Assembly: GCA_965208675.1 (NCBI GenBank)
Contig: OZ242351.1
Span: forward strand, 672,001-736,000
Source of the DNA: Candidatus Poribacteria bacterium
GTDB lineage: Bacteria > Poribacteria > WGA-4E > PCPOR2b
Length of the DNA: 64,000 nucleotides
Direction: 5' to 3'
The notes below the pieces were generated by a model. The model was not told the origin of the DNA. It searched no databases and saw only the letters and a program-made list of their open reading frames with translations. A program made the position numbers and the translations under genes. Below are positions 43,075 through 54,212 of the stretch, one piece after another (position 1 is the first letter of the stretch; each line of letters begins with the position of its first letter).

Positions 43075-44037
43075 CTATTCCTTCCTGAAGACATTCGTTC
43101 GATGCCACTCCATCGCTGCGTGCGCCGGCCATAGTTGCTCGCTGTTTGGCCGCCGAATTCGAGTATTCTCAAGATTTTTCAGCACACGCGCAGCCTGCGA
43201 ACCACTGGCGAATGTCACCGAAACAATCACATGATAACTATCGCATAAAGAAATTAATCCCCCAAGAAACGCCCAACGGTGTAGCGGACACAACAAAATT
43301 CCATTTCGGACATCATCATTATGCGAAACATCATGTGAAATAATATGAGTAGCCTCTGTCGCACCATGTCCTTCCGCGGTCACGATATTTAGGTGGCAGA
43401 CAGCGCAGCTAAAATCGTACAGTCGCATTATTGCTCGACGGAAACCCTCTCTACGAATTCGCACTTCCCGCGGGCAAATTGGGACCAACTTTTTTATTGG
43501 TTCGAATGAACGTTCTGTCTCACCCAATAATAGTGATTCATATTCTTCCGTCTCTCTCACCTCGGCGCTGATTATATCGATTTCATTGCGGCGTTCTGGA
43601 AAATACTCTTGGATCAATGCGTGGCGAAGTGTTTCTCTGCCGATTGAATTCGTTAAAATAGCAAACAATTCTTCATCTAAATATGCAACCGTAATACGCT
43701 CACGTCGCTTGGATTTTTCGATATTTTTTTTATCATGAAGTTTGGTTTCACCGTCACGTTTTGCCAAATCATGCCAGAACCCCTCGCTGCTCAAATGATC
43801 GAATGGTGTCGCAATGTTAGGTTGGCGCGCTGTTGACCTCGGCCAAAAGCGAACGAAAGTCTCCCGTAATTCTTCTGACAACGTAATCCTGTTCTCTAAA
43901 ATTCGACCATTTTCGATCATCGCAATTACTGTGAGGAGGAGAACCGGCTTATTGGGTGCCGGACCGAATTTCCTATTCCAATCTCTATTCAGATTAGTAA
44001 ACTTCTCAATATAATGTTGAATGTTCTTTCTTATCAT
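43075..44037 (-). CDS. HNH endonuclease with N-terminal sulfur-binding-like (SBD) domain
   Basis: APNKPVLLL, PFDHLSSEGFWH, FRRAI..Y..CAVC, EATHII..DDVRNGILLCPLH. Confidence 0.85.
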   Translation of the reverse strand: MIRKNIQHYIEKFTNLNRDWNRKFGPAPNKPVLLLTVIAMIENGRILENRITLSEELRETFVRFWPRSTARQPNIATPFDHLSSEGFWHDLAKRDGETKLHDKKNIEKSKRRERITVAYLDEELFAILTNSIGRETLRHALIQEYFPERRNEIDIISAEVRETEEYESLLLGETERSFEPIKKLVPICPREVRIRREGFRRAIMRLYDFSCAVCHLNIVTAEGHGATEATHIISHDVSHNDDVRNGILLCPLHRWAFLGGLISLCDSYHVIVSVTFASGSQAARVLKNLENTRIRRPNSEQLWPAHAAMEWHRTNVFRKE

Positions 44038-44362
44038 CGCAAAAATTTCGCTTTCACTAATTATATTAATGCTATACCTGCTAATTTGGCACGCGTGTAA
44101 AAAAACACTTCACCAGGCCGCATGATGATTTGATGCCTGCTTCATGTGTTCGCGATTTAGCAACACTTGGTGGTATTGCTTTACGCTTAGCTACGGCGAT
44201 ATAAGTCGTTCCAGTCTTGTCAACTTCAATTCAAGTGGAATTGCCGAATACCTGATGCTTTTTCAGAATCGGAATCTCAATTCACTACCTTCCGCCACTC
44301 TTTAACTCTACACCCATCACGGCATTCGACATCCGCACAATGCCCCTTTTCATCAATCAATT

Positions 44363-44848
44363 TTAACCGCTAATGTTTATCACGTCCCTCAACGCGCGCT
44401 TCAGTTCTTGCTTTGCCCTTTCAATCTCCTCCCGGACAATCCGTCTAATTGTCTCTTCCGTCACATTCGGAGCTACACTAGAGTCCTCCTTGAGCCCTTC
44501 TAGTCCCCGTTCGGTAGTCCCGTGAAAGGCGTGCCGCATTGACCCTTCCGTTACGCCTCGCGAAACGTCCGAGTTTTGCCTCAATTCCGCCAGCCCTTGT
44601 TCCGTTATCCTGTGATAGCCGCGGCGCACAGACTCTAAAAGCCCTTGTTGTGTCATATGAAATTCTGCCCATTGACAGTTTTTTTTGAACCGGCTCTCCC
44701 CGCTTGGTATGCTTTCCATTCTTTCCTCACCAGTAAGTGAAAAGTGGTCCGCGAGCGAATCTATGATGTCTCTGAGTCGATACTCTTCTCCGTGAGAAAC
44801 TATCTCAAGGAGCGAAATCGTTATTTCTGCTAGGCTAGGTATTGCCAT
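44363..44848 (-). CDS. Mrr N-terminal winged-helix protein lacking a nuclease domain
   Basis: MAIP, LADHFSLT.EER...PSG..RF..WA..GLL..RG..ITE.G. Confidence 0.8.
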   Translation of the reverse strand: MAIPSLAEITISLLEIVSHGEEYRLRDIIDSLADHFSLTGEERMESIPSGESRFKKNCQWAEFHMTQQGLLESVRRGYHRITEQGLAELRQNSDVSRGVTEGSMRHAFHGTTERGLEGLKEDSSVAPNVTEETIRRIVREEIERAKQELKRALRDVINISG

Positions 44849-45610
44849 GAAATTTGTTCCTTCTCCGGCAACATCAGTTTCGTGAACTTGCGCGTCCTTG
44901 CAACTTGATATTTATGTTGGACGCTCCTAAACGCAATCTTACCATTCCTATTCCTGCCAATGAAGAATTGCCATGAATCAATCTTCCCACATATCGACGG
45001 AATTACACCTCTGAATGCCGGCGCCAAATGTCTCATCCCGTCCACGCCGTGGGCATAGCACATGTTTCACGCTCGCCGCCAAGTACACCTCGGTCTCACG
45101 TTAGTGTTGCGTATCAGTGCTCACTGCAATTTTGCGGTTAGTCTTCGTATCATTCTAGCAATTTTCCTTGACGATTTCAATCTGCTCAATCACTTCAAAT
45201 AGAAGCACCTGTTTATAAGTGGAGCCGCCATGTTTTTTACTGTATTTCCTCTGCAAGCGCGTAAATTTTTCGGTGTATCATGACAGGCTATCGCATGGTA
45301 AACTGCCAGATAGTGATTTGAATAGGAATACAGTGACTGAATGCGCAAATTGTAGCCGCGGTGCTACTTTTCATTTAGATTTTACTACAGACCGGTTCGC
45401 ATGTAAAGACCATAAGATGTGTCCATGCCTTTCCCGCGCACGGTTGAGTGTATACGGTCAGATATGATATACTAGCTACCGTTAGGGTTTCACGAGCGCT
45501 TGTGTTTTCTAAGCAAGTTAACGTTTTATTTGGACATACTGCGGAAAGTGGTTGACCGAAAATCGCACGCGCTGATTCGCGTCACATCTATCGAATAGGA
45601 GGGACTGATA

Positions 45611-46288
45611 TTGGCGTCATGGAACGAGTTGTTCGGTGATGAAAAATATCGTGAGCTGATCCCAGAGACGGCTGTCTATCGGTTTTGCAGTATGGTGGAA
45701 GGCACATTTGAGGAACGACCGCTAAGGTTCTGGGATCTCGGCTGCGGCGTGGGCAGGCACACCGTGGCGCTTGCCCGGCTCGGTCACTACGTCTATGCGA
45801 CGGACGCCGCACCGCGCGCAGTTGATGTGACAAAACAACGGTTAGCGGAATTTGACCTGTCGGGTGACGTTCGGTTGGCGGACATGACAGCATGCCCACC
45901 GCAGCCTCGCTATTTTCACGGCGTTGTCAGTTGGAACGTTTTGCACCACAACAGAATTACCGCGATTCGCGAGGCTGTATCGCACATTTATGAATCGCTG
46001 ATTCCTGGTGGTATGTTGATGGTCACACTCAAATCGGACAAGGCTGATTTTGCCGGACAGGGGACCGAAATTGAACCGGGGACATTCATTCACGATGTCG
46101 GCGATGAAAGCGGTGTGCCACACCACTATTTCAACGAGATTGGAATTCGAGAATTGTTTGCGGATTGGGAGTTTGTGGTGCTCGCAGAACAGGTCATCGC
46201 TCACTTGGAGCGACCTGATCGATTTTGGGAATATGCGCCGTTTCCATTTACGAATTGGGGGATTGTTGCGCGAAAGCCCGCGGGGTAG
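45611..46288 (+). CDS. Class I SAM-dependent methyltransferase
   Basis: DLGCGVGRH, ADM, VLHH, LIPGG; GGAGG RBS with TTG start. Confidence 0.9.
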   Translation: MASWNELFGDEKYRELIPETAVYRFCSMVEGTFEERPLRFWDLGCGVGRHTVALARLGHYVYATDAAPRAVDVTKQRLAEFDLSGDVRLADMTACPPQPRYFHGVVSWNVLHHNRITAIREAVSHIYESLIPGGMLMVTLKSDKADFAGQGTEIEPGTFIHDVGDESGVPHHYFNEIGIRELFADWEFVVLAEQVIAHLERPDRFWEYAPFPFTNWGIVARKPAG

Positions 46289-46295
46289 GAGTATT

Positions 46296-46790
46296 TGTAG
46301 GTTGGGTAGAGCGGGGTGAATGAATTATGTGAGCTATGCGGCATGAATATAGTTTGTAGATTGAGTTCGAGATTTTTGTGTGTGAAGCGAAACCCAACGC
46401 TTTTCTGTAGTTTGAAAAGCGTTGGGTTACGCTCCGTGTTTTTCCGAGCCACGTAGTACGGGAATCAGAACGGATTCCTACGCAGGACTGCTTTTTGGAT
46501 TACTCGCTCAACCCAACCTACAAAAACTTTACAGACCGGAGTGTGCCTACTACTTTATCGCGGCTGGAAGCCGCTCCCACAGGAGGGGTGTTGAGGTGAA
46601 GACTAAAAGAAAACTATCACCTTCCCTATTCGGTCGGTTGATCCCTCGCTATTCACTCGGTTGATCCTTCGCTATTCGCTCAGTTGATCGCTCTACCCAA
46701 CCTACAAGAGTTATTGCTTCGTTTTAGAAACCGAGTTTTGAAGAAAAAACTCGGTTTCAAATGAAGGTCGCGATTGGGAAATCGATCCTT
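46296..46790. repeat. REP-like mosaic with a 23-bp tandem repeat
   Basis: GTAGGTTGGG..CCCAACCTAC doublet; TATTCRSTCRGTTGATCCYTCGC about x3 at 46627-46693. Confidence 0.85.
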
Positions 46791-47471
46791 CTAGCACAAT
46801 TTTATTAGCTCCGATAAGGAGGCGATTCTGGTACCGATGTACCCGCTATATCTGTTTCTTCGATCAATTAAAACAGCCTTAATTCCTGCCTGCTCCGCTC
46901 CGGTGATGTCATCTTCGATTGAGTCGCCGACCATCAATACCTCAGAGATGGCAGCGCCAAGATCGCGTAAAACATACTCAAATGCCTCGCGGTGAGGTTT
47001 GAAGAAACCAATCTCCTCCCCGATGTAGATGCTTTGAATATATTGGGCCAATCTAAGGTTTCTGAATTTGGCTCTTTGACTATCGGACATGCCATTCGTG
47101 AGAATTACGGATTCGATTTCCTTCGCTCGCAAAACCTTCAACAGGGGTATTGTGTCCTCGAATAGCTCTATCTTGCGAGTAGTTTCCTGAATGTAAATTT
47201 GATTTAAATCCGAGGCTAATTTGCGAAATTTTTCGTGGGCGCCTTGCAAGACATCGGCAAACCGACGAATTCTATATTCATCTATGGTAATGAATCCGTC
47301 TGCAAACTGGCGGAATAGCGCAGGCGCTGCGCGGTTGAATTGATTCCAAAATGCGTCTAAGTCTAGCGCATGCGTTTGCAAGACCTCGTTTATGCGGGAC
47401 TTTGCATTTCCTTCGGCTTTCTGAAAATCGAACAGCGTATCATCTGCGTCGAAAATTATGTGTTTGATCAT
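46791..47471 (-). CDS. HAD hydrolase (YjjG-like)
   Basis: FDADDTL, LTNG, KP, VGDSIEDD. Confidence 0.9.
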   Translation of the reverse strand: MIKHIIFDADDTLFDFQKAEGNAKSRINEVLQTHALDLDAFWNQFNRAAPALFRQFADGFITIDEYRIRRFADVLQGAHEKFRKLASDLNQIYIQETTRKIELFEDTIPLLKVLRAKEIESVILTNGMSDSQRAKFRNLRLAQYIQSIYIGEEIGFFKPHREAFEYVLRDLGAAISEVLMVGDSIEDDITGAEQAGIKAVLIDRRNRYSGYIGTRIASLSELIKLC

Positions 47472-47479
47472 AGCTGCGA

Positions 47480-48030
47480 CGTCAAGAAACCAAGTTTTGA
47501 AGAAAAAAACTCGGTTTCAAAAATTTTAAAGGCGCAATAGTAGGCAAGCGGCGTGTGCTCTAAATCGTAAACTTAGCTTTGAAGCCCGATGGCAGCATCG
47601 GGACTGGTTTTTGTAGGTTGGGTAGAGCGGGTTGAATAAATTATGTGTGTTATGAGGCATGAGTATAGTTTGTAGATTGAGTTTGAGATTTGTGTGTGAG
47701 GCGAAACCCAAGGATCGAACAGCGGGATATGGCGTGTGATAGTTTAAGTGACAGTGAAGACTATCGCCTTCGCTATTCGCTCAGTTGATCGTTGGGTTTC
47801 GCTTTATCAATTTGGCTAACGGGGTTGTTTGGATTTTCCGGAGTAATATCTTCCATTGTTACGGATTTGGGTTTATCCGATCTACCCAACCTACAAGAAC
47901 TTTTTCGCGGCTGGAAGCCGCTCCCACAGGAGGAGTGTTGAGGTGAAGACTATCGCCTCCCGCCTGGATCGGTTAATCCTTCGCTATTCGCTCAGATGAT
48001 CGCTCAACCCAACCTACAAGAACTTGTTAG
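47480..48030. repeat. REP-like mosaic
   Basis: 47612-47710 matches 46296-46397; CGCGGCTGGAAGCCGCTCCCACAGG also at 46559. Confidence 0.85.
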
Positions 48031-48031
48031 T

Positions 48032-48550
48032 TTAATCGAGTGAGGGTTCGAATCCCGGTGAATCCTGCATTAGGGCTTCAACGCTATCGGCGGCGTTTTG
48101 CAATCCCTTACGTACTCTAAAGTTTAATTCCCACAACGCGCATTTGTTGGTATCCCAATGCAGTAATTCCATGGCACGGCTATAATCCAGCCACTTATAC
48201 TCCGAATGTTCATGGGATAGTTGCAACAGTTCCCCTTTGACCTTTACTCCAAAGCAATATTCGGGAATAACTAAGACATCGCTGCCCCATCTGAAGCCGC
48301 AGACGTTTACAACGGGAACCATGGCGAACGAATCGAGTTTTAGGAATTCATTACTCGGGTGGATGCCGGCTTCTTCCTGAGTCTCTCGTTTAGCGGCTTC
48401 CAACGGAGATTCGCCGTTTTCTCCTCCCCCCGCAATTCCCTGCCAATAACCGCCTGTCGAAGATTCGCGCCTAAAAAGCGCGTAAAGAACTGCGTTGTCC
48501 CGCGCGATTCTATAAGGAAGCACTAGAACTTGATAAGGCGCTCGGCTCAA
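48032..48550 (-). CDS. NUDIX hydrolase (NudB/dATP pyrophosphohydrolase-like)
   Basis: GGGENGESPLEAAKRETQEEAG Nudix box, LSHEHSEYKW; TTG start after GGAG. Confidence 0.9.
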   Translation of the reverse strand: MSRAPYQVLVLPYRIARDNAVLYALFRRESSTGGYWQGIAGGGENGESPLEAAKRETQEEAGIHPSNEFLKLDSFAMVPVVNVCGFRWGSDVLVIPEYCFGVKVKGELLQLSHEHSEYKWLDYSRAMELLHWDTNKCALWELNFRVRKGLQNAADSVEALMQDSPGFEPSLD

Positions 48551-48629
48551 AGGTTTTCTCCAAATTTTGTTAGATATTGAAAAGGTCAAGAAACCAAGTT
48601 TTCAAGAAAAAAACTCGGTTTCAGGATTT

Positions 48630-49331
48630 TTACAGAAGCGCTTCAAACTCCTCCAGATTCTTTACGCATTGGATATCAACATCCGGCGTTATACCGTTAC
48701 GAACCATAAGGATACCCTTCATTCCCAACTCAATTGCCTTCTCCACATTTTCGGGAACATCGTCTACAAACAGCAGTTTTTCTGGCGGCAGCCCTAACTC
48801 GTCAATAGCCCTCTTGTAAATCCTTTCATCCGGCTTGCAGCAGCCGATTTGGGCCGAAATGACAAATGTCTGGAAGAAACTCCGTAGACCGAGCAGTCTG
48901 TGCTTTCTCTCAAGCGAGGGCCAAGCGTCTGATATAATACCAAGTGAAAAGCCATTTTTGAATAATCTCTCTAGAACGGCGGGGGTATCGTCGAAGATTT
49001 CAAAATCAACTTCATCCACCCGGGCGCATGCCAGTGCGGAAAGCAGACTAGTATCGGGGTTGCACTGCCCAAGATTTTCGAGCACGATTCGATAAAACGT
49101 TCGAAATTGGGCGCGTTCCTCGTCTACAGTCATTAGGTGATGATGGTCGTCAAGGTATCGTATTCCTTCTTCAAGCGCACACTCCATCCGACTCCACGAT
49201 AGGTCCCGTATGTTGTAGTTATCAAGAATCTCGCGGAACCGCGCCCCGGGCCACCATTTTCCCCCGATTGGACGTACCAAAGTGTCGCCGGAGTCGAATA
49301 GGATACCTTTTACGTCACAAAATGAGGTCAT
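48630..49331 (-). CDS. HAD-IA hydrolase
   Basis: FDSGDTL, ISD, KPD, FVDD..N. Confidence 0.9.
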   Translation of the reverse strand: MTSFCDVKGILFDSGDTLVRPIGGKWWPGARFREILDNYNIRDLSWSRMECALEEGIRYLDDHHHLMTVDEERAQFRTFYRIVLENLGQCNPDTSLLSALACARVDEVDFEIFDDTPAVLERLFKNGFSLGIISDAWPSLERKHRLLGLRSFFQTFVISAQIGCCKPDERIYKRAIDELGLPPEKLLFVDDVPENVEKAIELGMKGILMVRNGITPDVDIQCVKNLEEFEALL

Positions 49332-49339
49332 GGAACCAC

Positions 49340-49425
49340 CTAAGATTGCTTCCATTTCTGTTTGCCGGATAGGCGTAAGTTCAAGGGGTTGAAAGACACC
49401 ATCTATTGACGCTTTCAATACTCAT
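49340..49425 (-). pseudogene. Frameshifted relic resembling a DUF104/AF2212-type antitoxin
   Basis: MSIESVN / frameshift / DGVFQPLE resembles IEA.YENGVFKPLE. Confidence 0.35.
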
Positions 49426-49574
49426 TATTTTACATCAGACCTAGTCCGATGTAAAGCAACAACCATGTTCTCGTTGAGATTAGGGGTGCCGTTGAATGCG
49501 CGCGGTCAGATGTGCTATACTAGCTAATCTTCAGGTGCCACGCGCACCAGCGCATTTTCAGGGGCGATAAGGAT

Positions 49575-50312
49575 ATGATTGGCAAAACGGCAATTGCATG
49601 GCTTGAAGCGAAAAAGCGAAAGTACCTGCTCGGGCTAGATCGGCAGACGACGATGGTTATGCTCGGATCGGCATTGCTTTTGATATTGTACCGCACCTAC
49701 AGCCGGCGGCGTTTTTTTCACACTCACTTTGCAGACAATTTCGGGGACCATGCACTTTGGGAACTTTACCCGTACTACTACTGGTTTTTATCAACTGCGG
49801 TTACCCTGCTGCTGATACCGGCGCTGGCCGCGATATTCGGAACAAATCAGAAAATTCGAGACTACGGCTTTCGACTGTGCAACGGCAAGTTAGGTTGGGG
49901 GCTAGCTGCCGCTGTTTGGGCGCTTATGGTTCCTTGTGTTATCCTCGCCTTACATCTATTTCCAGCCTTCCAGAGTAAGTATCCGCTATGCAAGTTAGCT
50001 GGGAGCCGTTGGCAGCTTTTTGTCCCGTACCAAATCGCTTACGGCGTCTATATGTTCGCTTGGGAATTTTTCTTCCGCGGTTTTATGCTTTTCGGTTTGG
50101 AGCGGAAATTTGGGAACAGTAGCATCCTGATTCAGAACATTCCATTTGCTGTGATGCACTACAACAAACCGTTACCGGAAGCGATCGGGTCGATATTTGC
50201 GGGGGTGTTTCTCGGTGTTTTCGCATTGGAGACCCGGTCTTTTATTTACGGTGCGGCAATTCACTGGTTTGTGGCGATGACGATGGACGTGTTGGCGGTT
50301 GTGTGGAGGTGA
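49575..50312 (+). CDS. CPBP (Abi/CAAX) intramembrane glutamic endopeptidase
   Basis: WEFFFRG, F..MH..KP, H in the last TM. Confidence 0.85.
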   Translation: MIGKTAIAWLEAKKRKYLLGLDRQTTMVMLGSALLLILYRTYSRRRFFHTHFADNFGDHALWELYPYYYWFLSTAVTLLLIPALAAIFGTNQKIRDYGFRLCNGKLGWGLAAAVWALMVPCVILALHLFPAFQSKYPLCKLAGSRWQLFVPYQIAYGVYMFAWEFFFRGFMLFGLERKFGNSSILIQNIPFAVMHYNKPLPEAIGSIFAGVFLGVFALETRSFIYGAAIHWFVAMTMDVLAVVWR

Positions 50313-50679
50313 TTCTTGTAGGTTGGGTAGAGCGGGTTAAATGAAATGGGTGACATGTGCAAAATATACGACCCCCTCTAGCTCCCCCTTGGCAAGGGGG
50401 AGGACTTAAAGCGTGTGAGTCGCGATTTGGAAATCGCTCCTACAGGCGTGGATTCCCGTAGGAGGGAAATCCAATTCGCGGCTGTCAAGCGACCAGGAAA
50501 GGAGCGCGATTGATTAATCGAAGATGAAGACTAGAGGAAAACTATCGCTCTTCCTTTTCGGTCGGTTGATCCTTCGCTATCCGCTCAGTTGCATTTTAGA
50601 AACCGAGTTTTGAAGAAAAAACTCGGTTTCTATTAAACGTCGCGATTCGGAGGTCGCTCCTACAGGGGGGAGATTTCAA

Positions 50680-50707
50680 TTGACAATGGCATGGATTACC
50701 TTATAAT
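50680..50707 (+). promoter_or_regulatory. Promoter for acs
   Basis: TTGACA-16bp-TATAAT. Confidence 0.65.
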
Positions 50708-50781
50708 ACACAACCGTGGAATTGACCTATAAAATCTGATAGAAATATACATTCGAAACAAAATTCAACTTGGAGGAAATA

Positions 50782-52725
50782 ATGAGCAGGAAAGTCTTTC
50801 CACCGGAAAATACGAGTTATCCAATTGTGGATGCCCATGTAAGCAATATGGAGCAGTATCGTGAAACGTACGCGGAATCGGTGACAAATCCAGACGGGTT
50901 TTGGTCGAATATTGCCGAACGGATTACATGGTTTAAGAAATGGGATGAAGTTAGCGAGTACGACTTTGTTAAAGCGGATATCAAGTGGTTTGACGGCGGG
51001 AAGCTGAACGCATCGTATAACTGTCTTGACCGGCACGTTGAATCCGGGCACGGCGATGCGATTGCGCTCATCTGGGAAGGCAATAATCCGGAGGAAGACA
51101 AGACATTTACTTACAGCGAACTGTTGGGTGAGGTGAAACGATTTGCGAATGCACTCAAAGCGGAAGGCGTACGCAAGGGCGATCGGGTCTGCGTCTACTT
51201 GCAGATGATTCCTGAGTTGCCGATCGCCATGTTGGCTTGCGCCCGCATCGGTGCAGTGCATTCGGTGGTTTTTGGCGCGTTTTCGGCGGAATCGCTGCGC
51301 GATCGAATCAACGATTCCGCGTGCAAGATGTTAATTACGCAGGATACGGCGGTTCGCGGCGGACGCGGCGGACTTCCGATGAAAGCGAACGCCGACCGCG
51401 CCGTCGCTGAATGTCCTTCGATTGAACGGGTAGTCGTCGTACGCCGAACCGGTGATAGCGTGGACTTCGATGCGTCACGCGATATCTGGTGGCACGACGC
51501 CATGGCGAACGCAGGAGATGAGTGCGCGCCGGAAACGATGAATGCCGAAGACCCGCTGTTCATCCTTTACACGTCCGGTTCGACCGGCCAGCCGAAAGGT
51601 GTGCTTCACACGACCGCCGGTTACCTACTTTATACATCCTACACCCACGAGTTAATATTTGATTACCGCGAGGGGGATGTCTACTGGTGTACGGCTGACA
51701 TCGGCTGGATCACCGGACATTCCTACATCGTGTACGGACCGCTTGCGAATCGAGCGATTAGCGTGATGTTTGAAGGCGTTCCGAACTATCCGGATTTTGG
51801 GCGGTTCTGGCAAGTTGTGGAAAAGCATCGCGTCAACCTATTCTACACCGCACCAACCGCGCTGCGCGCCTTAATGAAGGAGGGCGATGCGTGGGTCGAG
51901 AAGTTTAACCGATCCACACTGCGGCTGCTTGGGACGGTGGGTGAACCGATTAAGGAACCGGAGTGGCTCTGGTACTACAACGTTGTCGGGGAAGGACGAT
52001 GCCCTATCGTTGATACGTGGTGGCAAACCGAAACGGGCGGCATACTGATTACACCGTTGCCAGCAACGACTCCGCTCAAACCGGGTTCCGCAACCTTGCC
52101 GTTCTTCGGCGTTGTGCCGGTGATTTTGGATGAAGCGGGCAATGAGGTCGAAGGCAATCCCGCAAGCGGATACTTATGTATCAAAACGGCATGGCCAAGT
52201 TTGATGCGGACGGTTTACGGCGATCACGAACGCTTCCGGCAAACTTATTTCGACCGATTTCCCGGTTACTACATGACGGGAGACGGCGCACTGCGCGACG
52301 AAGACGGCTATTACTGGATCACTGGACGTGTGGACGATGTGCTAAACGTCTCGGGCCACCGATTGGGCACCGCCGAAATCGAGGGAGCAATCGGCCAGCA
52401 CACGACTGTGGCTGAAGCGGCGGTTGTTGGATTCCCGCACGAGATAAAGGGGCAGGGAGTGTATGCGTATGTTACACTGATGACCGGCGAAACGCCCACT
52501 GACGAGATTGAAAGCGGCATTATTGGTGCGGTCCGCCAGCATATCGGACCGCACGCTACGCCGGATAAAATTCAGTTTACACCGGCGTTGCCGAAAACGC
52601 GGTCAGGCAAGATTATGCGGCGTATCCTTCGAAAGATTGCTGAAGGCGACCTCTCCAATCTCGGCGACACCTCCACGCTCGCCGACCCGGCGGTGGTCGA
52701 TTCGCTCGTCGAAGGGCGGAAATAA
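50782..52725 (+). CDS. acs: Acetyl-CoA synthetase
   Basis: [31 protein letters not shown]. Confidence 0.97.
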   Translation: MSRKVFPPENTSYPIVDAHVSNMEQYRETYAESVTNPDGFWSNIAERITWFKKWDEVSEYDFVKADIKWFDGGKLNASYNCLDRHVESGHGDAIALIWEGNNPEEDKTFTYSELLGEVKRFANALKAEGVRKGDRVCVYLQMIPELPIAMLACARIGAVHSVVFGAFSAESLRDRINDSACKMLITQDTAVRGGRGGLPMKANADRAVAECPSIERVVVVRRTGDSVDFDASRDIWWHDAMANAGDECAPETMNAEDPLFILYTSGSTGQPKGVLHTTAGYLLYTSYTHELIFDYREGDVYWCTADIGWITGHSYIVYGPLANRAISVMFEGVPNYPDFGRFWQVVEKHRVNLFYTAPTALRALMKEGDAWVEKFNRSTLRLLGTVGEPIKEPEWLWYYNVVGEGRCPIVDTWWQTETGGILITPLPATTPLKPGSATLPFFGVVPVILDEAGNEVEGNPASGYLCIKTAWPSLMRTVYGDHERFRQTYFDRFPGYYMTGDGALRDEDGYYWITGRVDDVLNVSGHRLGTAEIEGAIGQHTTVAEAAVVGFPHEIKGQGVYAYVTLMTGETPTDEIESGIIGAVRQHIGPHATPDKIQFTPALPKTRSGKIMRRILRKIAEGDLSNLGDTSTLADPAVVDSLVEGRK

Positions 52726-52774
52726 ACGTTGTAATCACAAAGAGAAGCTAACCGAATATCGTGGAGGTACCCAT

Positions 52775-53269
52775 TTGCCCTCAGCGGTAAAGATTGTGGA
52801 CGAACTAAAGAAATGGGATGTGACGCATGTGATTGGCTTGCCCGACAATGGGAGTGCGGAAATTTATCGCTTGTTTGACGGAGATGGAGAGGTGGATGTC
52901 ATCACTGTGAGCCGCGAAGGGGAAGCCTTCGCAATTGCATCAGGCTTGTACGTCGGAGGAAAGCGCCCAGTCGTTTTAATTCAAAATACGGGATTTCTGG
53001 AGTCCGGGGACGCCTTCCGGGGGACAGCCTTCAATATGAAAATTCCGTTGGTGACGCTAATCGGATATCGCGGGTATCATTCGATGGGGGCAGATGACGA
53101 TTTCGTCGATACGGCGGCGACGTTCCTCGAACCGACGCTTAAAGCGTGGGGACTTCCGTACAATACGATAAAAACGGACGACGATGTTGGGTATATCAGC
53201 GATGCCTTTCGGGAAGCTGGTGCGACATCTATGCCGAGCGCGGTGTTGATTGTTGATATTTGTACATAG
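52775..53269 (+). CDS. ThDP enzyme N-terminal subunit (ComD/sulfopyruvate decarboxylase alpha-like)
   Basis: GLPD, SREGEAFAIASG, IQNTG, IGYRG; GGAGG RBS with TTG start. Confidence 0.75.
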   Translation: MPSAVKIVDELKKWDVTHVIGLPDNGSAEIYRLFDGDGEVDVITVSREGEAFAIASGLYVGGKRPVVLIQNTGFLESGDAFRGTAFNMKIPLVTLIGYRGYHSMGADDDFVDTAATFLEPTLKAWGLPYNTIKTDDDVGYISDAFREAGATSMPSAVLIVDICT

Positions 53270-53340
53270 ATGAAACGCATTCTTGCCGCGCGTTAGATGT
53301 ATGCAGTGATTAGGAGGTCGTTACTACAATGGTAAATACC

Positions 53341-53856
53341 GGTAGGGGTACTCAGATTCCCGACGCTTAAACGACTGGATAAAGGGCACGATAGTTTTTG
53401 TAGGTTGGGTTAAGCGGAGCAAGTGAAATCGACGAAATATGTCGAATGGACATCGGCATTTTACGTCGTGCAGCGTTTGATTGAGTGTAGCGAACCCAAC
53501 GCTTTTCTGTCGTCGGAAGTTTTGAAAAGCGTTGGGTTTCGCTACACGTAATTTGCAATTGGCAATTTTTTGGATTCTGAACTGTCAACTCACTCGGAAC
53601 GGTTTTGGCATTACCCGCTCTACCCAACCTACAAGAGCTGGAGAGTGTGGGTCGCGACTCGGAGATTGTTACTACAGGGGAAAATACGGTAGGAGGATAC
53701 TCCGATTCCCGACGATCAAACGACTGGATAAGGGGCACGATAGTTTTTGTAGGTTGGGTTAAGCGGATCAAGTGAAATCGACGAAATATGTCGAATGGAC
53801 ATCGGCATTTTACGTCGTGTAGCGTTTGATTGAGTGTAGCGAAACCCAACGCTTTT
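53341..53856. repeat. ~170-bp direct duplication within a REP mosaic
   Basis: 53341-53506 nearly identical to 53688-53856; 53901-54012 matches 46411-46522. Confidence 0.9.
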
Positions 53857-54212
53857 GGTTATTTCGATTGTGTTTTGGAAATTAGGGGCGGCTTGATATA
53901 TTGAAAAGCGTTGGGTTACGCTCCGTGTTTATTCCGAGCCACGTTGTACGGGAATCGGAACGGATTCTTACGCAGGACCGCTTTTGGTATAATTCGCTCA
54001 ACGCAACCTACAAGAGTTATTGTTGCGTTTTAGAAACCAAGTTTTGACGAAAAAACTCGGTTTCAAATAAAGGTCGCGATTCGGAGATCGCTCCTACCAC
54101 CTCTAACCCGACTGAACGTTTTTGTTTCGCTGTTTTTTCATAGTGTGATAAAATATCGCCAATTTCAATTTCATCCTTTGCAATTAACTCTTTTACTTGG
54201 AGGAAAAACATA

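Noticed and set aside
44040-45600. Possible pseudogene fragments at 44050-44350 and 44880-45500
   Set aside because: Short interrupted frames, no recognisable family
46296-48030. Repeat arrays as possible CRISPR
   Set aside because: Irregular spacing, multiple repeat families, recurring inter-repeat segments, no cas genes
48044-48058. GGGTTCGAATCCC tRNA T-arm-like motif
   Set aside because: Inside the NUDIX 3' end, with no acceptor, D or anticodon arms
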